A stretch of 64,000 nucleotides of DNA from Planctomycetota bacterium (GCA_965223845.1 CBDCXR010000004.1:7104001-7168000), one strand, 5' to 3'. Shown: positions 1 through 10,447, numbered from the stretch's first letter. Made by a program: numbers and translations. Notes: generated from the letters alone by a model not told the origin.

Positions 1-3000
1 GTGCGGGTGGTGACCGACGAGATCGCCGACGACGACAAGCGGCAAATCCACCAGAAGCTCGGTGAGCTCTACCGCGCGTCTGGTGACGCCGCGAGCGGCG
101 AATCGGAGTACGAGGTGTTCTATCACCTCAACCGTGGCGTCGAGCCGCGCAGCTCGGTCGAGCACGGTCTCATCGCGGCCCGCTGGTTCCTCCGCTCCGT
201 GGCGCTCGAGAAAGCGCGGGAAATCTACGATCACCTCCTCGCGCTCCTCACCGAGGAGGATCGCGCTCAGCGGATCGACATCCTCGAGCTGCAAGCGCGC
301 ATCAGCCTCGCGCTCGACCAGGGCGAGTCGGCGGAGAAGCAGCTCCGACAAGCGCTTGAAGAAGGCGCATCGACACTCGAGCCCGATCGCCAGGTGGAGT
401 TCTGTCTCCTCGAGAGTGAGGCCGTCGGCCGGCGCGATCCCGCGCGCGGCCTCAAGGTGCTCAACAAGGCGCCGAGGCTTCTCTCCGATGAATCCTCGCG
501 ACTCGGAGTGCGCGTTCAGATGCAGCTCGCCCGGCTGAGGCTCCGGCGGCAAGACGTGAAGCGCGCGATCAACCTGTCGCTCAAGGGCCGGGACCTCTGC
601 CTCAAGCTCGGCGATCTGCCCGAGCTCGGCGAGCTCTACCGGCAGATGGCGAGCGCGTTTTACCACAAGGGCGATTACGCCCACGCCGTCGACAATTATC
701 AGCGCGCGCTCACGGTGTTTGAGAAACTCGAGCTCAAGGAGCCGCTCGTCGCGACGCTCGACGAGCTCGGGCGAGTCTATCTCGAGCGCGGGAACTACTT
801 TCGCTCGGCGCGCTATCTCTACCGCTCCCTCGAGATCCGCCGCCGCGAGCACGACATCGCGGGGCTGTGTCGCTCGTACGACGAGCTCGGCATGGTGTAC
901 CTGCGGAGCGGCGACTACCTGAAGACGATCGAAAACCTCAACCTGAGTCTCAGCTTGAAGGAGCGAATCGGCGATTTCGCCGGGCTCCATCCCACGCTGA
1001 GCACGCTAGGCGATCTCTACGCGCGGCTGGGGCTCTTCGAGCACTCGCTCGCGTATCTCCAGCGAGCGGTTGCGACGAGCCAGAAGCTCGGCGACACCGA
1101 AGGCCTCGTCGACGGCCTCGCGCGACTGGGACGCGTTCACTTCGAACTCGGCGACTGCCGTCAGGCCGAGAGCCTCGCGAAGCAGGTCGAGATCCTCGCG
1201 TCCGAATTCAAGCTCCGGTCGGAGGAAGCAGACGGGATGTTCCTCGAGGGCCACCTTCGCGCGTTCAGCCGCGACTGGCCCGAGGCCGAAAAGAAGCTGC
1301 GCCAGGCAGCGGAGATCCACGCGAAGCTCGGCCATCGCCGGCGCGAGGCGGACGCGCTGCTCGAGCTCGCGGAGGTGAAGCTCCAGCGCGAGCTTTACGA
1401 CGAGTCGCTGAAGGTCGCATCGAAGGGGCACATCGCGGCGGACGAGCTGAAGGCGCTCGATCTCCAGGTGCGCGCGCTCGTTCTCAAGGGGAACATCCAC
1501 CGGTTCCTCAAGGGCGGAAACAACGACAAGGCGCGCGAGTTTTTCGGCAAAGCTCTCGAGTTGAGCCAGAACCTCGGCGACGTCGGCGAGCTCTTCGAGC
1601 TCTTCTACTCCCTCGCGAAGCTCTGTCACTCCGAGCGCGAATTCTCCGAGGCGTCCAATTACTACGGCAAGGCCGAGTTTCTCCTCCAGCAAGTCGGACG
1701 CTGGCTGAGCGATGATCTCACCGCGCGCTTCTTCGAGGATCCCCGGCGCAAAGTCTTCGCCGAGGACCTCGCGCGCTTCCGGCGCGAGTCGGCGGGGCGT
1801 GCGGCGGGGACCGCGGTCGATCTCCGCGAGCCGACGACCCCCGCGCGCGCGGTGCAGGATCGACCCGTGCGAGTGGGGGACTACAAGGCGCTCGTCCAGC
1901 GCGTGCTCCGCCTTCACTCGGGGTTGAACGACCTCCATTTCTACGATCGTCTGCTCGCCGACGCGGTCGAGCTCGGCGGCGCGGAGCGCGGGTTCGTCCT
2001 TCGCGTGGAGAATCGGCAATACGTTCCGGTCGCGTTCCACGGCTTCGGGAAGACTCCGCTTCAGCACCCGGAGTTCATGGTCGCGAGCCATCTCACGCAG
2101 GAGTGCATCCGAAAGGGGCGGTCGATTGTCTCCTCGGGGACGCAGGACGAAACGGACCCGAAGAAGGGCGGACGGCTCGACCGCCGTCTCCAGCTCGGCT
2201 ACCTGGATCACCGCTCGATCCTCGCCGTGCCCTGCCTCACCGAAGACCGCATTTTCGGTGGCGTCTATCTCGACAAGCCGGTGACGCTCGGAGTGTTCGA
2301 GGCGCGCGACCAAGTCCTCCTCGAGAGCTTTGCGCAGCACGCCGCCGCCGCGCTCGTCAATCGCTACGAGTTCGAGACGGCGATCCGCGAGCCGGTGACG
2401 GGTTTCTACACGCCGAGCTACTTCGTCGATCGACTCCGCGACGCGTTTCGGCTCTTCAATCTCCACGGCCGCGAGTTTTCGCTCCTCGGATTCTACCTCC
2501 CGAACCTCGACGACATGCTCGGCGACGGCCGCGGTCAGCTCGGGTCGAACCTCGCGCGCACTCTCGGCGCCGCGCTCCCGTCCCGCGCTTCGATCTGCTG
2601 GGGGAATCCGATCCTCTACGTCTTGCTCGAGGAGCGGGACGCGACGAATGCAGCGGAGCTGCTCGAGACCGTCGGGGCGAACCTCTCGGCGACGATCAAC
2701 GACGACGTTGCGAGCGCGGTGATCCCGGCGGCGCGGCACTTTCAGCAGGGCGCCGACATCTATTTCGAGATGCGCGCACGTCTCCTTCCCGAGGAGTGCG
2801 ATCAAAAGACGCTCGGTGCTCTCCGATCGGTACTCACGCCCGACATGACCCTTCGCGATGCGAAGCGTATCGTCGAGCGCCTGAAGATCGAGTCGACCCT
2901 CAAGAAGACCGGCGGCAATATCACGCACGCCGCGCGTGAGCTCGGCATCCACCGGCCGCAGCTCTCGAACCTGCTCAAGAAGTACGAGCTGAAGCGCGAG

Positions 3001-3045
3001 TCCTTCGGGTCCGCGGGATCGTCGAATCCGCCCGGGGAGGACTGA
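1..3045 (+). CDS. Multi-domain regulator (probably 5'-truncated by the window edge): TPR array, GAF, degenerate GGDEF-like domain, C-terminal Fis-type HTH
   Basis: Many TPR-like repeats (e.g. YHKGDYAHAVDNYQRAL); GAF-like segment (AERGFVL...RSILAVPC...IFGGVYLD...FEARDQVLLESFAQHAAAAL); GGDEF-entry-like IREPVTGFYTPSYF; HTH_8-like LKKTGGNITHAARELGIHRPQLSNLLKKY. Frame is open at position 1. Confidence 0.8.
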   Translation: MRVVTDEIADDDKRQIHQKLGELYRASGDAASGESEYEVFYHLNRGVEPRSSVEHGLIAARWFLRSVALEKAREIYDHLLALLTEEDRAQRIDILELQARISLALDQGESAEKQLRQALEEGASTLEPDRQVEFCLLESEAVGRRDPARGLKVLNKAPRLLSDESSRLGVRVQMQLARLRLRRQDVKRAINLSLKGRDLCLKLGDLPELGELYRQMASAFYHKGDYAHAVDNYQRALTVFEKLELKEPLVATLDELGRVYLERGNYFRSARYLYRSLEIRRREHDIAGLCRSYDELGMVYLRSGDYLKTIENLNLSLSLKERIGDFAGLHPTLSTLGDLYARLGLFEHSLAYLQRAVATSQKLGDTEGLVDGLARLGRVHFELGDCRQAESLAKQVEILASEFKLRSEEADGMFLEGHLRAFSRDWPEAEKKLRQAAEIHAKLGHRRREADALLELAEVKLQRELYDESLKVASKGHIAADELKALDLQVRALVLKGNIHRFLKGGNNDKAREFFGKALELSQNLGDVGELFELFYSLAKLCHSEREFSEASNYYGKAEFLLQQVGRWLSDDLTARFFEDPRRKVFAEDLARFRRESAGRAAGTAVDLREPTTPARAVQDRPVRVGDYKALVQRVLRLHSGLNDLHFYDRLLADAVELGGAERGFVLRVENRQYVPVAFHGFGKTPLQHPEFMVASHLTQECIRKGRSIVSSGTQDETDPKKGGRLDRRLQLGYLDHRSILAVPCLTEDRIFGGVYLDKPVTLGVFEARDQVLLESFAQHAAAALVNRYEFETAIREPVTGFYTPSYFVDRLRDAFRLFNLHGREFSLLGFYLPNLDDMLGDGRGQLGSNLARTLGAALPSRASICWGNPILYVLLEERDATNAAELLETVGANLSATINDDVASAVIPAARHFQQGADIYFEMRARLLPEECDQKTLGALRSVLTPDMTLRDAKRIVERLKIESTLKKTGGNITHAARELGIHRPQLSNLLKKYELKRESFGSAGSSNPPGED

Positions 3046-3077
3046 CGCCGCGATGCGGCGCGGGTGATCGAGACGAT

Positions 3078-3827
3078 ATGGTCGCGGACGCGGACGAAAC
3101 GACGGATGCGTCCGGCGGATACCGATACGTCGGCGAGGAGCTCGACGCCTTCGCTCACGCCAGGAATTGGAAGGCGTACCTGCGTCGGCTCTTGCTTCCC
3201 TATCTCGGAGGTGACGTCCTCGAGGTGGGCGCGGGGATCGGCAGCACGACGCGTGCGCTCTGCACGCCGGCGAGCCGGGCGTGGATGTGTCTCGAGCCGG
3301 ACGCGCGATTCTGCGAGAAGCTTCGCGCACTTCGCGCGAGCGGTGAGCTCGATCCGGCGCCCGAGGTCGTCATGGGATCGACGCGGACCCTTTCAGGCGA
3401 AGCACGTTTCGACGCCGTCCTCTACATGGACGTGCTCGAGCACATCGAGGACGACCGGGCGGAGCTCGAGCGGGCGGTCGAGCTCCTGCGACCGGGCGGC
3501 GCATGCGTGGTCCTCTGTCCCGCGCATCCTTTTCTCTATTCCGAGTTCGACGCCGCGGTCGGTCATTACCGGCGCTACAACAAACGCATGTTCCGCGCGC
3601 TCGCGCCGTCGCGCGCGTCTCTCGAACGCCTCTGCTATCTCGACTGCGCGGGGATGCTCGTCTCGAGCGCCAATCGGCTGCTCCTCAGGAGCGGGAAGCC
3701 CACGGTGCGCCAAGTGAAGCTGTGGGATCGCGTGTTCGTCTCGTGCTCGCGGTTCGTCGATCCGCTGATCGGTCGCCGTCTCGGGAAGTCCGTGCTCGGC
3801 GTTTGGCGGCGACTCGACGACGCTTGA
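3078..3827 (+). CDS. Class I SAM-dependent methyltransferase
   Basis: Motif I VLEVGAGIG; FDAVLYMDVLEHIEDD; GHYRRY typical of glycan-locus methyltransferases. Confidence 0.9.
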   Translation: MVADADETTDASGGYRYVGEELDAFAHARNWKAYLRRLLLPYLGGDVLEVGAGIGSTTRALCTPASRAWMCLEPDARFCEKLRALRASGELDPAPEVVMGSTRTLSGEARFDAVLYMDVLEHIEDDRAELERAVELLRPGGACVVLCPAHPFLYSEFDAAVGHYRRYNKRMFRALAPSRASLERLCYLDCAGMLVSSANRLLLRSGKPTVRQVKLWDRVFVSCSRFVDPLIGRRLGKSVLGVWRRLDDA

Positions 3828-3851
3828 GCTCGTGCTAAGGCGCCGAGGGGC

Positions 3852-3865
3852 GGGGGGGGGGGGGG
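3852..3865. repeat. G14 homopolymer in an intergenic region
   Basis: 14 consecutive G read directly from the sequence. Confidence 0.85.
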
Positions 3866-4146
3866 CGCGGTCGCGTTCTTGCTCGGCCGCGGGAGGCTCG
3901 GATACGCTTTACGCGAGCGGTGCGAAACCTCCGGCAGAATCGCTTAGGTCGGCGAACCGCAGGTCGCCGGCGGGTTCTAACCGGCGTCCGCGCTTGCCCA
4001 CGCCCGGTTGACGACGCTTCGCGCGGCGAAGCTCGAGAACGCCGCTGACGCTGCACGCTTTGCCGATTCTTGCTGCGTTCGGGCTTCGAGTCGAAGGAGT
4101 GCGGCGAAGCGTCGAACATCGACGAGAACGAGTTCGGGAGAAAACG

Positions 4147-5346
4147 ATGGAGAAGCACCCGTTCGGACGACGCACTTTCCTCCGCCGGACCGCCCTCACC
4201 GGAGCCGGACTCACCGCCGCATCCGTCGCACCCGGAGCCGTTCGCGGCGCCAATACCCGTATCCGCGTCGGTGTGATCGGCGTCGGGCAGCGCGGGCGGA
4301 ACCGCCTCGTCTCGGCGCAGAGCCACGGCGCGGAAGTCGTCGCGATCTGCGATGTGAACGACGCGATGCTCGATGCGGCCGCCGAGCTCGTCGCGCGCGA
4401 GAAGCCGAAGCGGTATCGGTACCACGAGGAGCTCCTCGCGCGAAGCGACATCGACGCGGTCGTCATCGCGAGTCCCGATCACTGGCATCACGATCACGTG
4501 GTCGATGCCGTGACGGCCGGGAAGGACGTTTACATCGAGAAGCCGCTCACGCGGACGATCGAAGAGGGAAACCACCTGGTCGAGGTCGTCGAGAAGACGG
4601 ATCGCATCGTTCAAGTCGGCAACCAGCGCCGAAGCGGCGCGCACTGGGAGAAGGCGCGCGAGAAAGTCGCCGCGGGACACATCGGAGAGCTGCGCTTCGT
4701 TCGCACCTGGGATACGCGCTACCGCCCGATCGATCCCTACGTCACGCGAGCGAAGTCCTTCCACGAGAAGAAGATCGATTGGCAGCGCTTCCTCGGCAAG
4801 GCACCGGCGCGGCCGTTCGATCCCGTGCGGTGCTCGGCGTGGCGCTGGTTTTGGGATTACGCCGGCGGGCTCATGACGGACATCGGGCCGCATCGCCTCG
4901 ATGTCGCGCACTGGATCTCGGACACGAACGGTCCGCGCTCCGTCGTTTGTAACGGCGGCAACTACCACTCACCGGAGTGGGAGACGCCGGACAACGTGCA
5001 CGCGATCCTCGATTGCGGCACGTTCTGCATCAACTTCAACGTTCAGTTCATGAACGGCTACGACAGCGGCGGCGCGGGATACTACGGAACGGGCGGAACG
5101 ATCCTCCAGCACCACGGCAAGATGGTTCACGTCGACGCGAAGGGGAAGGTCGTCGAAGAATGGGCGACGCCAGGGGAAGGCGAAGCTCACATGAAGAACT
5201 TCCTCGACTGCGTCGCGTCGCGGCGGCCGCCGAACTCACCCGTCGACGTCGCGAACCGGGTCATCGTCGGTGCTCACCTCGCGAACCTGTCCTACCGGGG
5301 CGGTCGACGGGTGCACTGGGACGTGCGGCAGGGGAAGGTGAGCTGA
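4147..5346 (+). CDS. Gfo/Idh/MocA family oxidoreductase with Tat signal
   Basis: GRRTFL twin-arginine leader; GVIGVGQRG Rossmann motif; DVYIEKP; PDHWH. Start moved to ATG 4147. Confidence 0.92.
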   Translation: MEKHPFGRRTFLRRTALTGAGLTAASVAPGAVRGANTRIRVGVIGVGQRGRNRLVSAQSHGAEVVAICDVNDAMLDAAAELVAREKPKRYRYHEELLARSDIDAVVIASPDHWHHDHVVDAVTAGKDVYIEKPLTRTIEEGNHLVEVVEKTDRIVQVGNQRRSGAHWEKAREKVAAGHIGELRFVRTWDTRYRPIDPYVTRAKSFHEKKIDWQRFLGKAPARPFDPVRCSAWRWFWDYAGGLMTDIGPHRLDVAHWISDTNGPRSVVCNGGNYHSPEWETPDNVHAILDCGTFCINFNVQFMNGYDSGGAGYYGTGGTILQHHGKMVHVDAKGKVVEEWATPGEGEAHMKNFLDCVASRRPPNSPVDVANRVIVGAHLANLSYRGGRRVHWDVRQGKVS

Positions 5347-5548
5347 GCTCGGCCTCGAAAGCGTTCACGTTTTCGAGCGGATTCTCGAGTGTTCGGTCGG
5401 GTGCAGCACTCCATCCGGAAAGTTCTCCTAGGAGATGGCGACGCACCTCTCGCCCCCGTCGAGCCTCTTGACGTTCCTTCTCGAGCCCGCCAAGCTTGCG
5501 AGCTCGGTGGAACGGTGACCGCGTCCGAGAACGACTCCCATCGACCTC

Positions 5549-8167
5549 ATGTCAGATCCCGGTAGCACGAACCGCCTCGGCGATTTCGACCTCGTGCGCG
5601 AGCTCGGGCGCGGAGGAATGGGCGTCGTCTACGCTGCGCACCAGCGCTCGCTGAATCGACACGTCGCGTTGAAGGTCATCTCGACCGGGCTCGGGATGTC
5701 ACCGACCGCGGTCGCGCGGTTTCGGCGCGAGGCCGAAGCGAACGCCAAGCTGCATCACCCGCACATTGTCCCGATCTACGCGACGGGGGAGCTCGACGGG
5801 ACCCACTACTACGCGATGGAGCTCGTCGAGGGTCCTTCCCTCGACAAGGTTGTCGCGTGGCTGCGAGCCGGCGCGCCCGATTCCGAGCTCGCCGCGACGG
5901 CGGCTCAGTCTCGGGCGTCGAATGCAGCGGACGAAACCGCGGTGGTGGATCATCCCGATTTGGATGTCACTGGATCCGTCTCGCCGCAGGCACCGTCGAG
6001 TGGAGCGGACGAGACGGACGGGAACGACGGAGTCCGTCCGACCGTCGCGCCGTGGGTGGCGGAGCTTCTCGGAGTGGGTTCGAGCGCCGGGGCGCGCACT
6101 CGGTATTTCGACACGATCGCGGCGATGGTCGCCGGCGTCGCGCGCGGTCTCGAGTACGCGCATGAGCTCGGCGTCATTCATCGAGACATCAAGCCCGCGA
6201 ACCTGCTTCTCTCTCGCGACGGCCGCGTGAGCATCAACGACTTCGGTCTCGCGCGAATTTTGGAGGAGCCCGGCCTCACGACGACCGGCGAGTTCGTTGG
6301 CTCTCCTCTCTTTACGTCGCCGGAGCAGATTTCCGCGGGACGTGCACCGCTCGATCACCGAACGGACGTCTACTCGCTCGGTGCGACCCTCTATCAGTTG
6401 CTCACTCTCGAGCCGCCGGTCTTGGGGTCGTCACGCGACGAGGTGCTCTCGAATGTGCTCCACGCCGATCCGATTCCTCCTCGCCAGCACCGCCCGCAGA
6501 TTCCGGTCGACCTCGAAACGATCTGTCTGAAAGCGCTCGAGCGTGATCCGAGTCGCCGGTACGCATCGTGCGGTGAGTTCGCGTGCGATCTCGAGAGCTT
6601 CACGAAGCGCGAGCCGATCTCGGCGCGGCGCGCCGGCCCGCTCGAGCGAGGGATTCGCTGGTTGAGTCGCCATCGCTCGCTCGCTGCTGCGGGTGCGGTG
6701 GCGATCGCGTTCGGGATCGCGGTCGCGATCGTCCTCGTTCAAAACCGAGCCGAACGGCGCGAGCGCTCGAAGCAGGACGCCGTCTACGCCGCCTTCGCCG
6801 GTGATTTCCCGCGGGCGGACGCCGCGATCTCCGCCGCTCGCGACGCCGGCGCGTCCGCACCGTGGGCGCACATGCTCCGCGGGCAACTCGCGCTCCTCCA
6901 GGGGCGAAGCGGCGAGGCGGTGGCCGAGCTTCAAACCGCGATCGACGGCGGCCCCGGCACGATTTCCGAGAACGCGATCCTCGCGAGCGCGTACTTTTCG
7001 GACGGCGATTGGTTCTCGTTTCGCCGCGCGATCTCACGAGTCGCCGGCGCTGTTCCGACGAGCGCCGAAGAGGCGCTCTTTCTCGGCGACGCGCTGAAAT
7101 GGATCGATGCGGCAGGTGCCGTCGAGACGCTGCGCGCTGCCATCGCCCAGCACAACTCACCGGTGACCCGTATCGTCCTTGCGAACGCGCGGTCTCTCCT
7201 CGCCATCGAACACGGAGACGCCGCACTCGCGAGAGAGGCGCGGGACGACGCTCGTGCGGCGCGCGCGTTTCTGCGAAGCGAGGAAGCGTCGCCGGGAGCC
7301 GGTGATCCGCTCTCCGACGGCGCGGAGCTGCTCGCGCTGCTCGTCCTCGCCGGTCTCGAGCCGGGGCGCGAGCGGGAGTACCTCGATGAAGGCGCGGCGG
7401 CGGCCGAACGCTTGGCGGATCGCCATCTTCCCATGGGTCGCCAGTGGCGGTTGTTCCATCTTCTCCATCGCGGTCGCTACGACGAGCTCATCGAAGAGTT
7501 TCGACGACAGGACGGGAGCTATCGAGTCACCGGCTACAACGTCTGGCCGTACTGCGCCGCTGTTCTCGCCTCGAATCGCATGGTGGAGCGCGCCGGGTCG
7601 CTGCGCCGGCCGGCGGTAGACACGCTCCGTTCTCCGGTCGTGTGTGCCGAGCTGTCGTGTGGTCTCCTGCTCGCGGCATCGAACCGCGAGGATCTCCGGC
7701 GCGAGGCGGCGGAGGTCTATCGCGTCTTCCTCCGCCGGCTCGAAGCTGGGGCGCTGAGCATGGAGAGTGCGTCCGTGATCCTCGAGATCCCGGCCTTGCT
7801 CGGCGAGACCGAAACGGCGGCGGCGCGAGCGAAGGAGCTACTTCGGGACGAGGCGTTCCTCGTCGCTGCTCCCGCTGAAGGGCCGTGGATCTGGCCGCGC
7901 AAGGCGGCCGAAATCGTCGCGGGAGTCATCGACGAAGAGGAGTTTCGTCGGGCGGTTTGGGATTCGCGTCCCCAACGCGGCGAGGCGTTGGGATTCCTCG
8001 GCGTCGTCAAGCTCGGCCGGGGCGATCGGGAGGGGGCGCGCGACTGCTTCGAGGACTCGATCCAGTCGGGCGCGTTTTTCTTCCACGGTCCGGCGATCGC
8101 TCGCGGATTCCTCGCGCGCATGGACGCCGATCCGAGCTGGCCGGCTTGGATCGTTGCGACTGACTGA
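5549..8167 (+). CDS. Hanks-type Ser/Thr protein kinase with transmembrane helix and C-terminal helical-repeat region
   Basis: LGRGGMGVVY, VALKVI, HRDIKPANLL, DFGLAR, SPEQ, DVYSLG; hydrophobic segment LAAAGAVAIAFGIAVAIVLV. Confidence 0.93.
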   Translation: MSDPGSTNRLGDFDLVRELGRGGMGVVYAAHQRSLNRHVALKVISTGLGMSPTAVARFRREAEANAKLHHPHIVPIYATGELDGTHYYAMELVEGPSLDKVVAWLRAGAPDSELAATAAQSRASNAADETAVVDHPDLDVTGSVSPQAPSSGADETDGNDGVRPTVAPWVAELLGVGSSAGARTRYFDTIAAMVAGVARGLEYAHELGVIHRDIKPANLLLSRDGRVSINDFGLARILEEPGLTTTGEFVGSPLFTSPEQISAGRAPLDHRTDVYSLGATLYQLLTLEPPVLGSSRDEVLSNVLHADPIPPRQHRPQIPVDLETICLKALERDPSRRYASCGEFACDLESFTKREPISARRAGPLERGIRWLSRHRSLAAAGAVAIAFGIAVAIVLVQNRAERRERSKQDAVYAAFAGDFPRADAAISAARDAGASAPWAHMLRGQLALLQGRSGEAVAELQTAIDGGPGTISENAILASAYFSDGDWFSFRRAISRVAGAVPTSAEEALFLGDALKWIDAAGAVETLRAAIAQHNSPVTRIVLANARSLLAIEHGDAALAREARDDARAARAFLRSEEASPGAGDPLSDGAELLALLVLAGLEPGREREYLDEGAAAAERLADRHLPMGRQWRLFHLLHRGRYDELIEEFRRQDGSYRVTGYNVWPYCAAVLASNRMVERAGSLRRPAVDTLRSPVVCAELSCGLLLAASNREDLRREAAEVYRVFLRRLEAGALSMESASVILEIPALLGETETAAARAKELLRDEAFLVAAPAEGPWIWPRKAAEIVAGVIDEEEFRRAVWDSRPQRGEALGFLGVVKLGRGDREGARDCFEDSIQSGAFFFHGPAIARGFLARMDADPSWPAWIVATD

Positions 8168-8237
8168 GCGGTCCCGGACTCTCCTGCGGAAATTCGAGGG
8201 TAGAGCCCTCCGTCGATCGCCGCACGGGGACGGCGAG

Positions 8238-9095
8238 CTACCGTCTCGGTGCGTACCGAGATTCGGCTTCGTTCCAAGCCTCGGCGACCTCGCGGTCGAG
8301 GAGATGCGATGGCCGGACGTTCTTGATCGCCGCCAGCATCACGTCGCGGACGTTCGGATGCTCTTCTTCGAGTCGCTCGAGCAGCGCGGCGATCCTCTCC
8401 CGCTTCAGCCCTTCCTGCGAACCGCAGAGATTGCACGGAAGGATCGGGTAGGCCGCGTACTCCGCGTGCCTCGCGATGTCGCGTTCGGCGCACTCGACGA
8501 GAGGACGGATGACCTCGAAGCGTCCGTCGTTCGTTCGATAGGAAGCAGGCATCGCTTGAAGCTTCCCGCCGAAGAAGAGATTTAGGAGCAGCGTCTCGAG
8601 CGCGTCGTCGCGGTGATGCCCGAGCGCGATCTTGTTGCACTCGAGGCGCTCGGCGGCCGAGTACAGGATCCCCCGGCGGAGGCGGGAGCACGGTGCGCAG
8701 TAGGACTTGCCGCCTTCTTCCGCCTGACGGACGACCGTCGAATACGTGTCTTCCCGATGGATCTCGAACGGCACGCCGAAGCGCTCGAGCCAGTCGGCGA
8801 GCGGACGACCATCGTAGCCGGGCTGCGCCTGATCGAGATGAAACGCGATCAGTTCGAACTCGACCGGCGCCTTGCGTCGCGCCGACGACAGGAGATCGAG
8901 CAGCGTGTAGCTGTCCTTTCCGCCGGAGAGCGCGACGAGGATGCGGTCACCGTTCGCGATGAGATCGAACGCTCCGACGGTCCGGAGCATCAGGCGTGAG
9001 AGCCGTTTTCGCAGGATCTCGGCCTCCTCGCCGAGAGCGCACTCGCGCCCGGACGCCGTCGAAGAAGCAGGGGAGAGAATCGGGAGGTCGCGCAT
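8238..9095 (-). CDS. ttcA: tRNA 2-thiocytidine(32) synthetase
   Basis: PP-loop SGGKDS; CAPCSRLRRG; GHHRDD; IRPL; PCNLCGSQ. Confidence 0.95.
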   Translation of the reverse strand: MRDLPILSPASSTASGRECALGEEAEILRKRLSRLMLRTVGAFDLIANGDRILVALSGGKDSYTLLDLLSSARRKAPVEFELIAFHLDQAQPGYDGRPLADWLERFGVPFEIHREDTYSTVVRQAEEGGKSYCAPCSRLRRGILYSAAERLECNKIALGHHRDDALETLLLNLFFGGKLQAMPASYRTNDGRFEVIRPLVECAERDIARHAEYAAYPILPCNLCGSQEGLKRERIAALLERLEEEHPNVRDVMLAAIKNVRPSHLLDREVAEAWNEAESRYAPRR

Positions 9096-9214
9096 CGAAA
9101 GAGGATCCGTATCGTCCGTATTCGTCCGGCCGTTCGCGACGTCGCCGCCCGCTGGGCGCCCTCATCGCTTCCGCCACGATAACCGTCCGCGCCGGAGGAA
9201 GGCGCCTGCGAACT

Positions 9215-10447
9215 TCAGCGTCGTCTCGGGCTCCGAGTTCGCCCGGTTGAATCGAGGACGTCGAGAAGCCAGCGAAACTCGCGGCAGATCCCGCGGACGA
9301 GCTTGTCCTCGCTCGTCAGAATCGGCCATGTGTACGTCTCGATGACGAGGTGGTCGGTGTCCCGGCGTTTGAGCACTTCGACGACCGCCTCGCGCGTCTC
9401 GTCCTGCGTCGTCTCCATCCGAAGCCACTTCTTCAGATAGACGGGGACGTGATAGTGCGAGCGGAGTTCAACCACGTTCGGATGCCGATCGCGGTCGAGG
9501 CGCCGGGGAAGCAAGTTGAGATCGAGGTCCCGCCAAACCGCACGACCGCGTTCGTTCACGCCGCAAAACTGGTGAAAGTAACGGGGTTCGTGCATTCCGC
9601 GAAGGTCGGCGTAGCCGCTGGGGCGGCGAAACGGGTTTCGCAGCCGGATCGCGTTCGTCACGTGGAGCTTCCCGATGCCGATTCCCGCGCGGCGGAGTTG
9701 CTTTAGGTTTTCGGGAAGGCTCTCGAAGAGAACCGAAAAGTGGCACGTGTCGACATTGACCGTGAAAAACCGCCGGAGGGTTTCTTCCGCCTTCGCGCGG
9801 CGGCGGCGATCCTTGCCCCAGGCATCCTTCGCGGCGGGCCAGAGATAGCTCTCGAAAAACTCGATCACGTCGCGCGCGTTCTCGAAAGTCGTTTCGGGTT
9901 CGGGCTCGGCGGCGAGAACGATCGTCTTCCCGGTGCGCTGCTCGAGGTCCGCGAGATGGGCGACCGTGCGGAGGTACCCCTGCGCGAGTTTCCGAAACGC
10001 CTTTGGGTCGTGGGCCTCGCGCCGGTACATCCCACCCGATGTGCTGATCGAGCCGGTGAGCCCCGCCGGGAGCAGATCGGCAAAGATGTCCGCGATCGCG
10101 TTCGTCCACCGAGGCCGGGCCGCCTCGGCCCAAGACGGCCGGTACACCTGCTCCTTCACGCGTCGCGCGTGAAAGTCGAGGAGCGGAAACGCATTGATGG
10201 AGAAGACGAAGAGCTCGTTCGCGGCGAGAAACTCGGCCAGCTCCTCGCGCGCGCGGCGGGAGCGCAGCTCGCGGGCCGTTTCGATCCCGAGTCGCAGCTC
10301 GACTCCCCGCGATTCTCGTCCGAACACGCGATTGCGGACCGGGATGGTGTAGTCGCGGAGGAAGCGGTAGATGTCGCGGAGCGTTTCGCTCGGATGGACG
10401 TTTGTCGCGTAGGCGAGGAGGGGCTTCTTGGGCAAGGCAGAGTTCAT
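9215..10447 (-). CDS. eboE: EboE-family TIM-barrel (xylose-isomerase-like) protein
   Basis: LAYATNVHP, SINAFP...FH...VKEQVYRPSW, LAAEPEP, DTCH, EPRYFHQ, RSHYHVP, IETYTW match recalled EboE motifs. Confidence 0.82.
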   Translation of the reverse strand: MNSALPKKPLLAYATNVHPSETLRDIYRFLRDYTIPVRNRVFGRESRGVELRLGIETARELRSRRAREELAEFLAANELFVFSINAFPLLDFHARRVKEQVYRPSWAEAARPRWTNAIADIFADLLPAGLTGSISTSGGMYRREAHDPKAFRKLAQGYLRTVAHLADLEQRTGKTIVLAAEPEPETTFENARDVIEFFESYLWPAAKDAWGKDRRRRAKAEETLRRFFTVNVDTCHFSVLFESLPENLKQLRRAGIGIGKLHVTNAIRLRNPFRRPSGYADLRGMHEPRYFHQFCGVNERGRAVWRDLDLNLLPRRLDRDRHPNVVELRSHYHVPVYLKKWLRMETTQDETREAVVEVLKRRDTDHLVIETYTWPILTSEDKLVRGICREFRWLLDVLDSTGRTRSPRRR

